DNA of 64,000 nt, taken from the IMG/VR virus record IMGVR_UViG_3300028584_000287, positions 422 through 64,421 of that record; one strand, written 5' to 3'. Shown here in pieces: positions 1-9,475 of this stretch. Under the pieces are notes generated by a model. That model had not been told where the DNA came from and ran no database searches. It worked only from the letters and a program-made list of their open reading frames with translations. Position 1 is the first letter of the stretch, and each line of letters begins with the position of its first letter. The position numbers and the translations under genes were made by a program. Source of the DNA: a virus.

Positions 1-733
1 AAACTTTAGTAGAAATGGATTTAGCTGACTCAAGAATTTTTGCGTTATCTTGTTGCTCTATTAAAGCATCATTAAAAAACTTGTTTACCTTGGCATTACC
101 CTCTTCAGCTTCTTTACCAAAAATAGCTGCAGTAAAGCCTTTAGCATTATCCATAACGCTGTTAGTTAGGTCTGGAAACTTACCTTTCTGCGGAGCTTCA
201 GGAATGGTTAGACTTCTACGCATACCTTCTATAGCAGGTTTTATCGCATTGTCTTGTACACCCTGTAAAAAGCTTAGTGCAAGGTCACCTACCATAGAAT
301 TAGATGGGCGATCAGTTACACGCTCAGGATCTATATTTCTTTGAGCTTTTTTAAGGTTGTATAGCTGTAATTCATCAACTATTAAATTCGCATCATCTGC
401 AGTATAACCTCTCTGTTGAAGACCTTTGGCGAGTACATCGCTAGTGTAATCCGTAGCCAGAGAATCAGCCAGTTGACGGTACTCTGCAGAGCCAAGGGTA
501 CTTAGTACTCTTTCTTTGTTAGCATTCCGTTCAGCGATAGTTTGTTCAGGTGTAGCGTATTGACTTGCCTTACTTTGAGAGGCATTCAAAAGCTCTTGTG
601 CTTTAATTTCGGAGGTTTGTTTTAAAGTCTCAGCCTTCATCTGGCTTGGACTTTTAGGAGATAACTCAAGGAAATTAGGTTCCCCGTCTAACGGTCTTTT
701 TTTATTTAGATCAAGTAAACTTGAATTGGACAT
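1..733 (-). CDS. 5' part of a long ORF running off the window; probable virion-encapsidated RNA polymerase (N4 gp50-like)
   Basis: Not in the ORF track. ATG at 733 (MSNSSLLDLNKKRPLDGEP...) reads open to the window edge. It follows the gp51-like gene in N4 gene order. Identity rests on synteny only; no catalytic motif is in view. Confidence 0.6.
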   Translation of the reverse strand, partial: MSNSSLLDLNKKRPLDGEPNFLELSPKSPSQMKAETLKQTSEIKAQELLNASQSKASQYATPEQTIAERNANKERVLSTLGSAEYRQLADSLATDYTSDVLAKGLQQRGYTADDANLIVDELQLYNLKKAQRNIDPERVTDRPSNSMVGDLALSFLQGVQDNAIKPAIEGMRRSLTIPEAPQKGKFPDLTNSVMDNAKGFTAAIFGKEAEEGNAKVNKFFNDALIEQQDNAKILESAKSISTKV

Positions 734-780
734 GATTGAATCCTGTAATTACTTCGGTATTGAAGTACATACAGCATACA

Positions 781-814
781 ATAAAAAAACCCCCAAAGGT
801 ATCCTTTAGGGGTT
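781..814 (-). terminator. Intrinsic terminator between the gp51-like gene and the putative vRNAP gene
   Basis: Minus strand AACCCCTAAAGG-ATA-CCTTTGGGGGTT followed by a T run; the G.U pair fits the minus strand. Confidence 0.75.
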
Positions 815-830
815 GTTTAGGTATACTAAA

Positions 831-2324
831 TTAGTAGTAACCCATTTCCGTATTACGAGGATCTTCCATATCAATAGGATACAAGTCGCTTTGCCCTCTG
901 TAAACATCTTTAACTGCGCTAGAGGTGGAGAATCTTTTCTTGTTTCTCAAGGCATCCTTTTCTTTCTCTTTTTCTGCATCCTTTTCCGCTAAGATCCTTA
1001 AGTAATCCTTATCAATATTCTCGATTTCCTTTTCCATACTTTCCAGTTCTTTAAGGGTTGATTTATATTTAGCAGCTTCTTTAGCCAACAATTCTACGTT
1101 TATACCGTCATCCAGTAAGTTACCGGCTGGGCTAACAGCTTTTAAAGCCATCTTAAGCTCTAAAGGTGATATTACCGGTAACTCCGATTCCTTAACCCCT
1201 GCAGCTAATTTTAAGCTAGTAGATCCTTTACCTGTACCTGAAGTAGAGGGACTGTAAACTTCTACACGCTTTTTCAAGGCAATCTGGTATGCAACGTTTA
1301 AAGGACTATTACGATCAGTTATAGTATTTAAAATACCTATAGCACCTTCGTTATTACTAGAAGTCCACTTAGGGGATTGAGTAGCAAACTCTTCAGCTAA
1401 AGCAGAGTCTACATTTTTAAGATCAGCCACAAAATCTGATACAACAGCTTCATAGGAGGTTCTACCACTCTTAACCATTGCAGCTTTAGTATCAATTAAA
1501 TCTGTGGGAACTTCCTTATATTTCTCCCGCACAGCTGCTTTCTCATCTTCTCCTGCTTTAGCTAGAACAAGCTTTCTCTGATTAAACTGATTGTCTAATC
1601 TAGTAACTGCTTCATTGTCAGCAGCGCTTAAAGTTTCTGAGTTTGCCCTAAACTTGTCAAAGGTTTCTCTGGCTTGAACCAACACAGTTAGGTCATTTGT
1701 ATCTTTATAGGCTTGGGCAAATTTAGCTTCAGGATCTCCACCTTGAGCGAACACCGCGAAAGCTTGACCAGCTAATTCATTGGCATACTCAGTTTTCTGG
1801 GCCTGTCTAAGTTCTATCTGAGACTTAGCATTTTGAGTAGCAAATGTTGCGTTGGCTTGCTTTTGACGTTCCTCTTCTAAAGCAAGTTCCCGAGTTTTAG
1901 CTTGTTGGTTGAAAGCTTGGTCAGCAGCAGTTAACCCAAGGGTAGCTACATCAACATCACTACGTATTTTACTGGCTTCAATTTGCTGATTATTCTGGGC
2001 AATGTTCGAAGCATTAACCGCACGACTTTCCAGAATAGAACCTTGCTTCAATACAGCGTCATTAATGACGTTGCTATCAATGCTTGGATCTTCCAAGTCA
2101 ATCTTACTCTGGAAAGCACGTAGGGTTTCAGGATCAGTAATACCATAGATCTGATTAGCTAAGGCATTGGTCTTCCCTGCCTTTACCTTAGCTTCTTGTT
2201 CTGTGGTTCGTTTAATCGCACTGCTAAACGCTTGGTTAGCGCTTTGGCTAGACATCTGCATAAACCCAGCTGCATCACCAAAGTTCGCTTGGCCAACGTT
2301 CTGCCACGTTATAGGACCAGCCAT
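831..2324 (-). CDS. Internal virion/ejection protein (N4 gp51 position)
   Basis: 497 aa, Ala/Gln-rich and helical, N-terminus MAGPITWQNVG; synteny with the N4 late operon. Confidence 0.6.
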   Translation of the reverse strand: MAGPITWQNVGQANFGDAAGFMQMSSQSANQAFSSAIKRTTEQEAKVKAGKTNALANQIYGITDPETLRAFQSKIDLEDPSIDSNVINDAVLKQGSILESRAVNASNIAQNNQQIEASKIRSDVDVATLGLTAADQAFNQQAKTRELALEEERQKQANATFATQNAKSQIELRQAQKTEYANELAGQAFAVFAQGGDPEAKFAQAYKDTNDLTVLVQARETFDKFRANSETLSAADNEAVTRLDNQFNQRKLVLAKAGEDEKAAVREKYKEVPTDLIDTKAAMVKSGRTSYEAVVSDFVADLKNVDSALAEEFATQSPKWTSSNNEGAIGILNTITDRNSPLNVAYQIALKKRVEVYSPSTSGTGKGSTSLKLAAGVKESELPVISPLELKMALKAVSPAGNLLDDGINVELLAKEAAKYKSTLKELESMEKEIENIDKDYLRILAEKDAEKEKEKDALRNKKRFSTSSAVKDVYRGQSDLYPIDMEDPRNTEMGYY

Positions 2325-2326
2325 GA

Positions 2327-2662
2327 TTAACCCCCGATACCGGATACTTTGTATTTAGCCATGAAGGTATCAGTTTTCTCCGCATACGGGTTAGTCCGTT
2401 GACGGCTATTCTGACGGGTCTCCAAACGCTCGTTAGTAAGCTTGGCTTGGTTATTTAAGTTGACGGTACTCAACTCCTTGTTGAACTTAAACGCTTCCTT
2501 GGCAAGCTTGTAGTTCTTGCGAGACTGCCACATGTTGAACAGTTCTCCTACTGCGCTAATGCCTTGGGATGTTGCACCCATCCAACCACCTGTAGGATTG
2601 GCATTAGTGTAAGCTGAGTTAGCTGCATCTGCCATACCCAAACCCATGTCATAAAGTCCCAT
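2327..2662 (-). CDS. Small internal virion protein (N4 gp52-like)
   Basis: 111 aa with a Gly/Ala-rich N-terminus then a K/Q-rich helix; synteny. Confidence 0.6.
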   Translation of the reverse strand: MGLYDMGLGMADAANSAYTNANPTGGWMGATSQGISAVGELFNMWQSRKNYKLAKEAFKFNKELSTVNLNNQAKLTNERLETRQNSRQRTNPYAEKTDTFMAKYKVSGIGG

Positions 2663-2664
2663 AT

Positions 2665-4707
2665 CTATCTACCTTCTATTGTTACTGGTAAAGTTAATGC
2701 TATGTCATGATACGCTGAAACCATAGCAAATACAGCTTCTGTCATATCAGTATTAAATAAAGTTCTTCTGTAGTAGTCATCTGATGTCTCATACGGAGCC
2801 AACAAACCAATACTACTCTTAAGCGTATCCAATGTACTAACTGAAGCGAAGGTATCTAATTGAGCTTGGATACTATCTTTTTTCAGATCCAACTCCTTAA
2901 GGAATTGACCTTCTTCTGCTTTCAGCTTGGCCATCTTCTTATCTAGATCTGCACCATACGCTAAGTTTAATCCGGTTGCTGCGTTAAGCAAACTTGTTGC
3001 TTGAGGTAAACTACCGGGCGAATACACTATAGCGGCCACTGTAGCAATTACTGCAAGTATTGCAGCCAGATCACCACCAACCATCTTACCAACGTAGTAT
3101 GCAGCTTTTATGATCAATTTAGCTATTATAATCTGAATAACAATGTTTATTATAGTATTCACTAATAGCGCTGTAATCGTTGCTGCAGCTGCACCAGCTG
3201 GAGGGTAGATAATACTTACCACTATGGTAATTACCATAGCTATCTTCTTCAGAAGTTTACTTCTTTGATACCACTTAATGTACTGAATTGATACTGCATA
3301 AACCACCATGGTTAGAGAGGATTGAGCTACGTCATTTTTCCTCATAGGGTGCATATCATCCAACACGTTTTTCATGATAGGAATGTACAACCCTTGGGCT
3401 TGGTCATTTACCGTGTAAGCAGTATCCAGACTCGATACCACATAGTTGCCTTGGTAAATATCAACCCCTTGCTCTAAACCATGTACCGTGATCCTCCGGT
3501 ACTTATCCTTGGCATACTGATGAACAAATACAAAGCTAGAGCCATTGTAATGCTCACCACTTTTTAACGTGTATTTATCCCCACCGAAGAAATATATCTT
3601 AAGTACTTCACCTGATTTCATAAAGTTAAATGAACCAGTAAATTCCAGTACTTCAATGTAATTCCAAGATAGGATTACGTTGAATGAACCTTCTCTTATG
3701 ATTACACCGTTGTAAGGTGCTGGACCATACTCATACTGTACATGGTTATCGAATATTGCTTTGGTTACTGAACCATTACGCATAGAGTAAAAGTATCTGG
3801 CAAGATACTCATTACATGCTTTGTTATCCGCAGTAATGTTTACACTAAACGTAACAAACACAGAGTCAACTTGATCAGGGTTATTGTCTTCTTCTGTGGA
3901 CATAATACTAGACATTATTCTAGACATATCTAGACCAATCTTACCTAGTAACTTAGTAGTAGTGTTGTACTTAACACTAGGTAAGTTAGCATCTATATTA
4001 ACTTTGTTTAACCTCAAAGGTATTATAGGAAAGTACTGGTTCGCAGGAATCTCTTCATCATCCAACTCTGGATGCAACCCTAAAGTTAGATCTTCAAGAA
4101 TCATAAATGATACATCAGTCTCAGGAGCATTAGCTGTAGTACAGTATTCAACAATAAGATGATTATTGTTTACTGTGTATGGATTAGGACAATACTCGAA
4201 TGTCTTTACTATGTTACCGCTGACATCCTCTTCCCACTCTATGTAAATCTGGGTAGGGTCATTTGTTTTGTAATCTGTAGCAGATAGCTTCTTATTACTT
4301 GCAGGGTAAGTATTAGTTGCAGAGATCCAACCATAAGTTGCTGCTAAATATTTATGAGCTATTACGCTAGGGTTTAGCTTGCTTACAGAATATGACCGTA
4401 TGGTCTTTGGGCCAGCCCCTACGACACGATTTAATACAACCAACACATCTGGGTTAGTTAATTGAAAGTTCAACAGAGTCGATTCTGGTAAGCCTCCTGT
4501 GAAGCCTGATAAACCATACCGGTATGCTGCCATTACCTTGCTATAAAAGCCTCGGGATATCTCTTCCTTGATGGCTCGGGATACACCAACTTCTTGGAGT
4601 ATTGAACCAATGACTGTATTCATCAAAGTCTTTGGATCAGGGTTCTCTGCCAGCTGTACAAACTGCAAAGCTACCGTTATTTGCTCTTTAGTGGAAAACC
4701 ATCCCAT
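2665..4707 (-). CDS. Virion structural protein (N4 gp53-like)
   Basis: 680 aa with a hydrophobic stretch near the C-terminus (IVVSIIYPPAGAAA...), as in gp53-like proteins; synteny. Confidence 0.65.
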   Translation of the reverse strand: MGWFSTKEQITVALQFVQLAENPDPKTLMNTVIGSILQEVGVSRAIKEEISRGFYSKVMAAYRYGLSGFTGGLPESTLLNFQLTNPDVLVVLNRVVGAGPKTIRSYSVSKLNPSVIAHKYLAATYGWISATNTYPASNKKLSATDYKTNDPTQIYIEWEEDVSGNIVKTFEYCPNPYTVNNNHLIVEYCTTANAPETDVSFMILEDLTLGLHPELDDEEIPANQYFPIIPLRLNKVNIDANLPSVKYNTTTKLLGKIGLDMSRIMSSIMSTEEDNNPDQVDSVFVTFSVNITADNKACNEYLARYFYSMRNGSVTKAIFDNHVQYEYGPAPYNGVIIREGSFNVILSWNYIEVLEFTGSFNFMKSGEVLKIYFFGGDKYTLKSGEHYNGSSFVFVHQYAKDKYRRITVHGLEQGVDIYQGNYVVSSLDTAYTVNDQAQGLYIPIMKNVLDDMHPMRKNDVAQSSLTMVVYAVSIQYIKWYQRSKLLKKIAMVITIVVSIIYPPAGAAAATITALLVNTIINIVIQIIIAKLIIKAAYYVGKMVGGDLAAILAVIATVAAIVYSPGSLPQATSLLNAATGLNLAYGADLDKKMAKLKAEEGQFLKELDLKKDSIQAQLDTFASVSTLDTLKSSIGLLAPYETSDDYYRRTLFNTDMTEAVFAMVSAYHDIALTLPVTIEGR

Positions 4708-4735
4708 AAATAAAAAGGAGCATTGCTGCTCCTTT
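4708..4735 (-). terminator. GNRA hairpin plus T tract immediately before the gp53-like start codon
   Basis: Minus strand AAAGGAGCA-GCAA-TGCTCCTTT-TTATTT-ATG. Confidence 0.6.
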
Positions 4736-4769
4736 CCTCATTAGTTATTAGCTGCTACCGCAGTATACT

Positions 4770-5870
4770 TTACAATCCTCGGGCTGTATTCACAATCTGC
4801 CCAATGATTGTAGGGGACATACCGTACAGATCTGGTGTTTCACTGTCAGGGTCTGTAGTACGCATGATGGAGAATACTTCCATTGCCTTACCTGCTAGGC
4901 TTATATCAGCATTACGCTTGAAGCCAACAGTTTGGGCTGTGAGTAAGTCCTTCTGCTTCCCTAGGATACCGGTAACCGTAGCACCATCAACCAAGTCTTT
5001 AATATTGGCTTGCTCAGTAAACGTCTTAGCCTTAGTAAACAATATCTCTTCGTCTGTGCGAAGATTCTGTTTAGTTTGGCCTAAGATTTGAGAGTCAATT
5101 AAAGTCTCTTGTTTAGCCATCAGAGACACATCAGCTTGTAGCTTAGAGATCTCTTCATCAGCTTTTAACAGGTCTTTATCCAGTACCAATAACTGCTTAC
5201 CTAAGATCAATACTTCCGCACGGGTCTTCAGAATGTCGTCAGCCAATTGCTCCGTCTGCTTCTCACGTAAGGTAATCTCACGGATAGCTAAGGTAATCTC
5301 ATGCCCTTTCAACGTAAGCTCTTGAGCCTTGAGTGCAAGCTCTTGGGTAGCCATTTCAACTTGCTTACCTTTAAGCTCAAGTTCCTTGGCCTGCATACGT
5401 ATTTGAGAATCCATCAGAAGTAACTGGCTTTCTTGGATAAGGATTTGCTTATCCTGTAAAACCAATTCTTTCTGTTGAAGCAACAGATCGTTAGCACCTT
5501 TGACCAAACCTTGATCCAACAATAAACCTTGTTTGGTTTCGTTGGCTTTCTGCTCTGCCAGTAAAGCTGTCTGTGCGTTGATACGAGCGGTTTCTGCAGC
5601 AATCTGAGTATTCTGTACTAATACTTGGTTTGCTTGCGCTAGGGTTAAATCTGTGGAGGCTGCGGATTGCTGTCTCTGAAGCTCAAAAGATAATGACTGC
5701 TGGAGCGCAGCAGTCATTAGTTGAACGTAAGCATTGGTATACTCTTGTCCCGTGATACGTCCAGCTACTCTTTCAGTAACCAGATGATCTTTGAGTTCAG
5801 AGATCAACAAGTCAAAGGAACCATCGTCGTTACGATTGGTAACCTTGGATATGTCGATCACTGTGGTCAT
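4770..5870 (-). CDS. Coiled-coil structural protein (N4 gp54-like, tail tube position)
   Basis: 366 aa with heptad-like repeats (ELELKGKQVEMATQELALKAQELTLK); N-terminal DGSFDLL..LK.HL motif; synteny. Confidence 0.65.
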   Translation of the reverse strand: MTTVIDISKVTNRNDDGSFDLLISELKDHLVTERVAGRITGQEYTNAYVQLMTAALQQSLSFELQRQQSAASTDLTLAQANQVLVQNTQIAAETARINAQTALLAEQKANETKQGLLLDQGLVKGANDLLLQQKELVLQDKQILIQESQLLLMDSQIRMQAKELELKGKQVEMATQELALKAQELTLKGHEITLAIREITLREKQTEQLADDILKTRAEVLILGKQLLVLDKDLLKADEEISKLQADVSLMAKQETLIDSQILGQTKQNLRTDEEILFTKAKTFTEQANIKDLVDGATVTGILGKQKDLLTAQTVGFKRNADISLAGKAMEVFSIMRTTDPDSETPDLYGMSPTIIGQIVNTARGL

Positions 5871-5872
5871 TG

Positions 5873-6490
5873 TTAGTCACCTTGTCTTGCTTGCTTGATT
5901 GCTAACAGACCCATTTGCTTAGTAGTTAGTGGGTCCAAGAACTTAATAGAGAACGCTTTGCCCGTCTTAGGAATTTGAACCTTGTTACCGTTAACTACTG
6001 TTTCTACGAAGTACTGGTACACACGTTCTTCTAAGAAGTCAGCAATACACTTTTCAACGTGCCATTCTGTATTGAATGGGACCATACGACGAACAGTGAA
6101 AGCATCGTTGGCTACAGTAATAATTTCACCGTTCCAAGCTTTCTTAAGAGGGTCTAAACATTGTACTTCAACTCGAACCAATTGACGCATTTCTTTGCGC
6201 ACACGGAATAAAGTTTCACGCTCTGTTTCAGGACGTAAACCTACATCTGGATCAGTTGGTACATTGGCAACTAAATTTTCAGAGTCATCTTCACCTTCCG
6301 GTAAATCTTCTTCTTCAGCTGCGATCAATTCGTTGTACTTGGCCAACAGTTTGTCATAGCCAATACTTGGGTGAAATTTCATACCCATAAGGGTAGCTGC
6401 TTGCTTTAATGCGGCAAAAGCTGAGTCTTCGTCACCATACAAAGATTCATCGAATTCTGCGGTCTGGTCTACAGGATTTGTATTGCTCAT
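5873..6490 (-). CDS. Conserved N4 gp55-like protein
   Basis: 205 aa directly downstream of the MCP; LVRVEVQCLDPLKKAWNGEIITV...PFNTEWHVE motif. Confidence 0.65.
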   Translation of the reverse strand: MSNTNPVDQTAEFDESLYGDEDSAFAALKQAATLMGMKFHPSIGYDKLLAKYNELIAAEEEDLPEGEDDSENLVANVPTDPDVGLRPETERETLFRVRKEMRQLVRVEVQCLDPLKKAWNGEIITVANDAFTVRRMVPFNTEWHVEKCIADFLEERVYQYFVETVVNGNKVQIPKTGKAFSIKFLDPLTTKQMGLLAIKQARQGD

Positions 6491-6514
6491 GGTATTTCCT
6501 CTACACTTATTGTT

Positions 6515-6536
6515 AAAAAGCCCCCTTTCGGGGGCT
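6515..6536 (-). terminator. Terminator after the major capsid gene
   Basis: Minus strand AGCCCCC-GAAA-GGGGGCT followed by TTTT. Confidence 0.8.
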
Positions 6537-6561
6537 AGGAGTATCTAGCTTATGCTACTTG

Positions 6562-7989
6562 TTACCAAGGAGCAACTGTTTTGATTACAGCAATACGTTC
6601 TGGGTGCAGAACCATGAAGCCATAGTACCAGTGGATAGAAGCAAAACCAATTTTACCGTATGGGTTGTTACGGTCAGCAGTTGCTTCGCCCGGCTTTTTG
6701 ATGATGATTTTGAACTTGGTTGACTTGCCATCAGTGTTGAAACCGATAGTAGTAAATGCACCGTCACCAACAACTAACATTGGGAACACATCGTACTTAC
6801 CGTTAGTTTCGCGGTAACCTAAGTTACCAGCAGTAGCGGTAGCACCTGCACCAGACCAGTTCATCATTTCTTGTGCTACAACGATACGGAACTCATGTAC
6901 CGAACCGATTTCACCGTTCAACAGTTCTGTTTGACCAGCATAGTGTTTAGCGTCGATAAACGCTGGATCACCATGTAAGTCAGTCATTTCCATGAACAGT
7001 TCTTTTACTTCAGAACCAACGAACATGATACGACCACCGCGAACGGTACGTGTATCGTTCATCAACGAGCCTTTCAACACTTTGGTTGTTTTAGGGCAAC
7101 GGTTGTTATCCAAGTCAGTAGCTAACTTGATTAACGAACGGTACGTTGGTTTAGAAACGTTTCCACCTTCACCAGTGATTTGACCAGTAGCAGTAGCAAC
7201 ACCACCGAAGCGAACTACACCTGCAGCGTTTAACAAGTCGATCTGAAGCATGTCTTCAGTGATTTCGTTAGCAGCCTTGGTACGTTCCATAGTGATATGG
7301 CCTTCCAGCTCCATGTCAGAATCGAAGTCATACGATTCTTGGGTCCATTCATCGAACATACCGAAAGAGTTAAAAGTACCTTCGATAGTGCGACGAGAGA
7401 AACCTACACGGTTCACACGACCACCATGCTCACCAACTACTGGCAGCTTGGCAGAAATATAACCAACGTCTTTAGATGAACCATACAGGTTACCAGAAGA
7501 TTGTACTGCAACGCGGGTGTCATCAACTTTGTAACCTAAAGCGATGGCATTGGTTTTGGCAGTAGCATAATCCGCACCGGTAACTTTCAGTTCTTTGTTC
7601 AGAATGTACAGAGCACGAGCTTGTGCAGCAGTCGTGGCAGCAGCAGAATCTGCACCAGAGCCAACAGCATACTTGTCCATGTATACGTTCTGATTCGTCA
7701 CTGAAGGGGCAGTGATGATAATTGTTTTTTCTTGTTCAAGAGTTGCACCAGCAGCATCAATACCTTGGTCGTTGATGTTTGCATCGTCCAGCATTGGCAG
7801 GTAATGGTAACGAACCATCTTCTTACCGTAATGCTTTGGCATTGTTTCTTGGTCAGCTAATGGAGTGAAGATCTGCTCTTTTGCAGCTTCAGTCAAAGCT
7901 TTCTTGACGTAGTAGTGTGGTTGTAACTGGCCACCACCGATTGAGGCGTTTGCACCAGTACCAAATTGTTTTGCTAAAGCTTCTGCCAT
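6562..7989 (-). CDS. Major capsid protein (N4 gp56-like)
   Basis: 475 aa; MPKHYGKKMVRYHYLPMLDDANINDQGIDAAGA, GEIGSVHEFRIVV and NPYGKIGFASIHWYYG motifs typical of N4-like MCPs. Confidence 0.92.
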   Translation of the reverse strand: MAEALAKQFGTGANASIGGGQLQPHYYVKKALTEAAKEQIFTPLADQETMPKHYGKKMVRYHYLPMLDDANINDQGIDAAGATLEQEKTIIITAPSVTNQNVYMDKYAVGSGADSAAATTAAQARALYILNKELKVTGADYATAKTNAIALGYKVDDTRVAVQSSGNLYGSSKDVGYISAKLPVVGEHGGRVNRVGFSRRTIEGTFNSFGMFDEWTQESYDFDSDMELEGHITMERTKAANEITEDMLQIDLLNAAGVVRFGGVATATGQITGEGGNVSKPTYRSLIKLATDLDNNRCPKTTKVLKGSLMNDTRTVRGGRIMFVGSEVKELFMEMTDLHGDPAFIDAKHYAGQTELLNGEIGSVHEFRIVVAQEMMNWSGAGATATAGNLGYRETNGKYDVFPMLVVGDGAFTTIGFNTDGKSTKFKIIIKKPGEATADRNNPYGKIGFASIHWYYGFMVLHPERIAVIKTVAPW

Positions 7990-7996
7990 GATTTAC

Positions 7997-9109
7997 TTAC
8001 CTTCTTACTATTTTTTGAGAGTTAGTGTAAGCCGCAAATTCTTCATCTGACATACTTAAAAAGTTTGGCGGAGAAGGGTCTACAGGCGAACCATTTGTTT
8101 TTACTGAGCTTGCTGTTGCTTTCGCTGGGTTCGTTTTTGTTTTAGGAGCTACCGTTTTCTTGGCAACCACTGTAGCAGGTTTGGCAGCTTGTTCAGCCAT
8201 TGCTCGACCTACCGTGACATAAGCATCAAGACTAGACATCCGTGCCAGAGACTGATCACCTAACATCCGTCTACGGTCTACTTCAGCTGTTACCTTGTCG
8301 TATGTACCATCTAAAACATGTTCTTGCAGATCTTTTAAGAATTCTGGGCTTTCAAACAAAGCGTTCTTACTTTTCTGGTCGAATCCTGTCACATGTTGCA
8401 TCAGTTTCGCATACGTTGCTGGGTCTGAAGAGCGAAGCTCGCTCGTAACAGTAGCAAAGTCAAACTGAGTGTCACTAACAGAATAATCAGAGCCAGTGTA
8501 AGCATCTGCTTCTTCGTCACCCAATTGATGAGGATGTAAATCCGCATCTTTTAGTAGCTTAGCGATAGCCTTGGGATCTTTCTTATACAGGTCGATTAAG
8601 TAACTTAAATCTTCCGGTTTAGTTAATCCATGCTGCTCAAGCATCTGGTGTGTCTTTAGTAGAGGCTTAATCTGTGTCATCTTCTGAGTGTAATTAGCAC
8701 CCATCTGCATTAAAGATATAGCTTGCTCTACTGATTCAATTTTCAATTCTTTGCCATTCGCTTTGAATGGTGCAAACAATTTGTCTTTGATTGACACTAA
8801 CTCCTGATAATCACTATTCTGGTTATCTTTTTCAGAGTTGTCAACTTCTTCTTCAGATTCTTCTTCTTCAGTACTATCATCAGAAGATTCTTCAGATTGT
8901 TCTTGATCATCAGTATTATCTTCAGACTCTTCTAAAGACATACCTTGTTCATCATCAGTAGTATCTTCTTCTTCCGTTGAAGGTTCTTCTTCTGATGGTT
9001 CATCGAAATCATATTTGGAAATCATTTCTTCAAATGACATTCCAGCTATCTCTTCATCGCTCAAACTTAATGGAGAAGAGATAGCACTTTTTTCAGTGCT
9101 ATCTGTCAT
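7997..9109 (-). CDS. N4 gp57-like protein (scaffold-like, often annotated tape measure)
   Basis: Acidic N-terminus, FKANGKE...MQMGANYTQKM motif, C-terminal LSMSDEEF; lies between MCP and portal. Confidence 0.75.
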   Translation of the reverse strand: MTDSTEKSAISSPLSLSDEEIAGMSFEEMISKYDFDEPSEEEPSTEEEDTTDDEQGMSLEESEDNTDDQEQSEESSDDSTEEEESEEEVDNSEKDNQNSDYQELVSIKDKLFAPFKANGKELKIESVEQAISLMQMGANYTQKMTQIKPLLKTHQMLEQHGLTKPEDLSYLIDLYKKDPKAIAKLLKDADLHPHQLGDEEADAYTGSDYSVSDTQFDFATVTSELRSSDPATYAKLMQHVTGFDQKSKNALFESPEFLKDLQEHVLDGTYDKVTAEVDRRRMLGDQSLARMSSLDAYVTVGRAMAEQAAKPATVVAKKTVAPKTKTNPAKATASSVKTNGSPVDPSPPNFLSMSDEEFAAYTNSQKIVRR

Positions 9110-9127
9110 ACAATACTTCCTAAGTTA

Positions 9128-9475
9128 TTATTCTTCGCTTTGACCAGAGATACGGTATTCTTCCAGCTCTTCCTGATAATCCTTCAAGCTTTGTTCTGCC
9201 ATTTCACCAATGGATTGAATACGCTTGAAGTAACCATGCAGTACAGATACACCAGCGAAATCACGCTGTACTTCGTCGAACTTGGCTTTGTTACCGGAAA
9301 TAACTGGATCAGCTAAAGAGCGAGCCAACTCAGCAGGATAATCACGGAAAAAACCGTTGTTGATAATACGCTGGAATGCGCGGTTACTTTGCAGGCTAAC
9401 TAAGTCATCACGCAATTTGATTTTATCTTTTGCGTCATTGATGCTTAATTCTAAAACTTCAATATTAACTTGCAT
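9128..9475 (-). CDS. N4 gp58-like protein
   Basis: 115 aa; L..NRAFQRII..GFF motif; synteny. Confidence 0.65.
   Translation of the reverse strand: MQVNIEVLELSINDAKDKIKLRDDLVSLQSNRAFQRIINNGFFRDYPAELARSLADPVISGNKAKFDEVQRDFAGVSVLHGYFKRIQSIGEMAEQSLKDYQEELEEYRISGQSEE

Noticed and set aside
15-344. Plus-strand 109-aa ORF, and the many other antisense ORFs in the track
   Set aside because: They are shadows of longer opposite-strand genes that have recognisable motifs or synteny.
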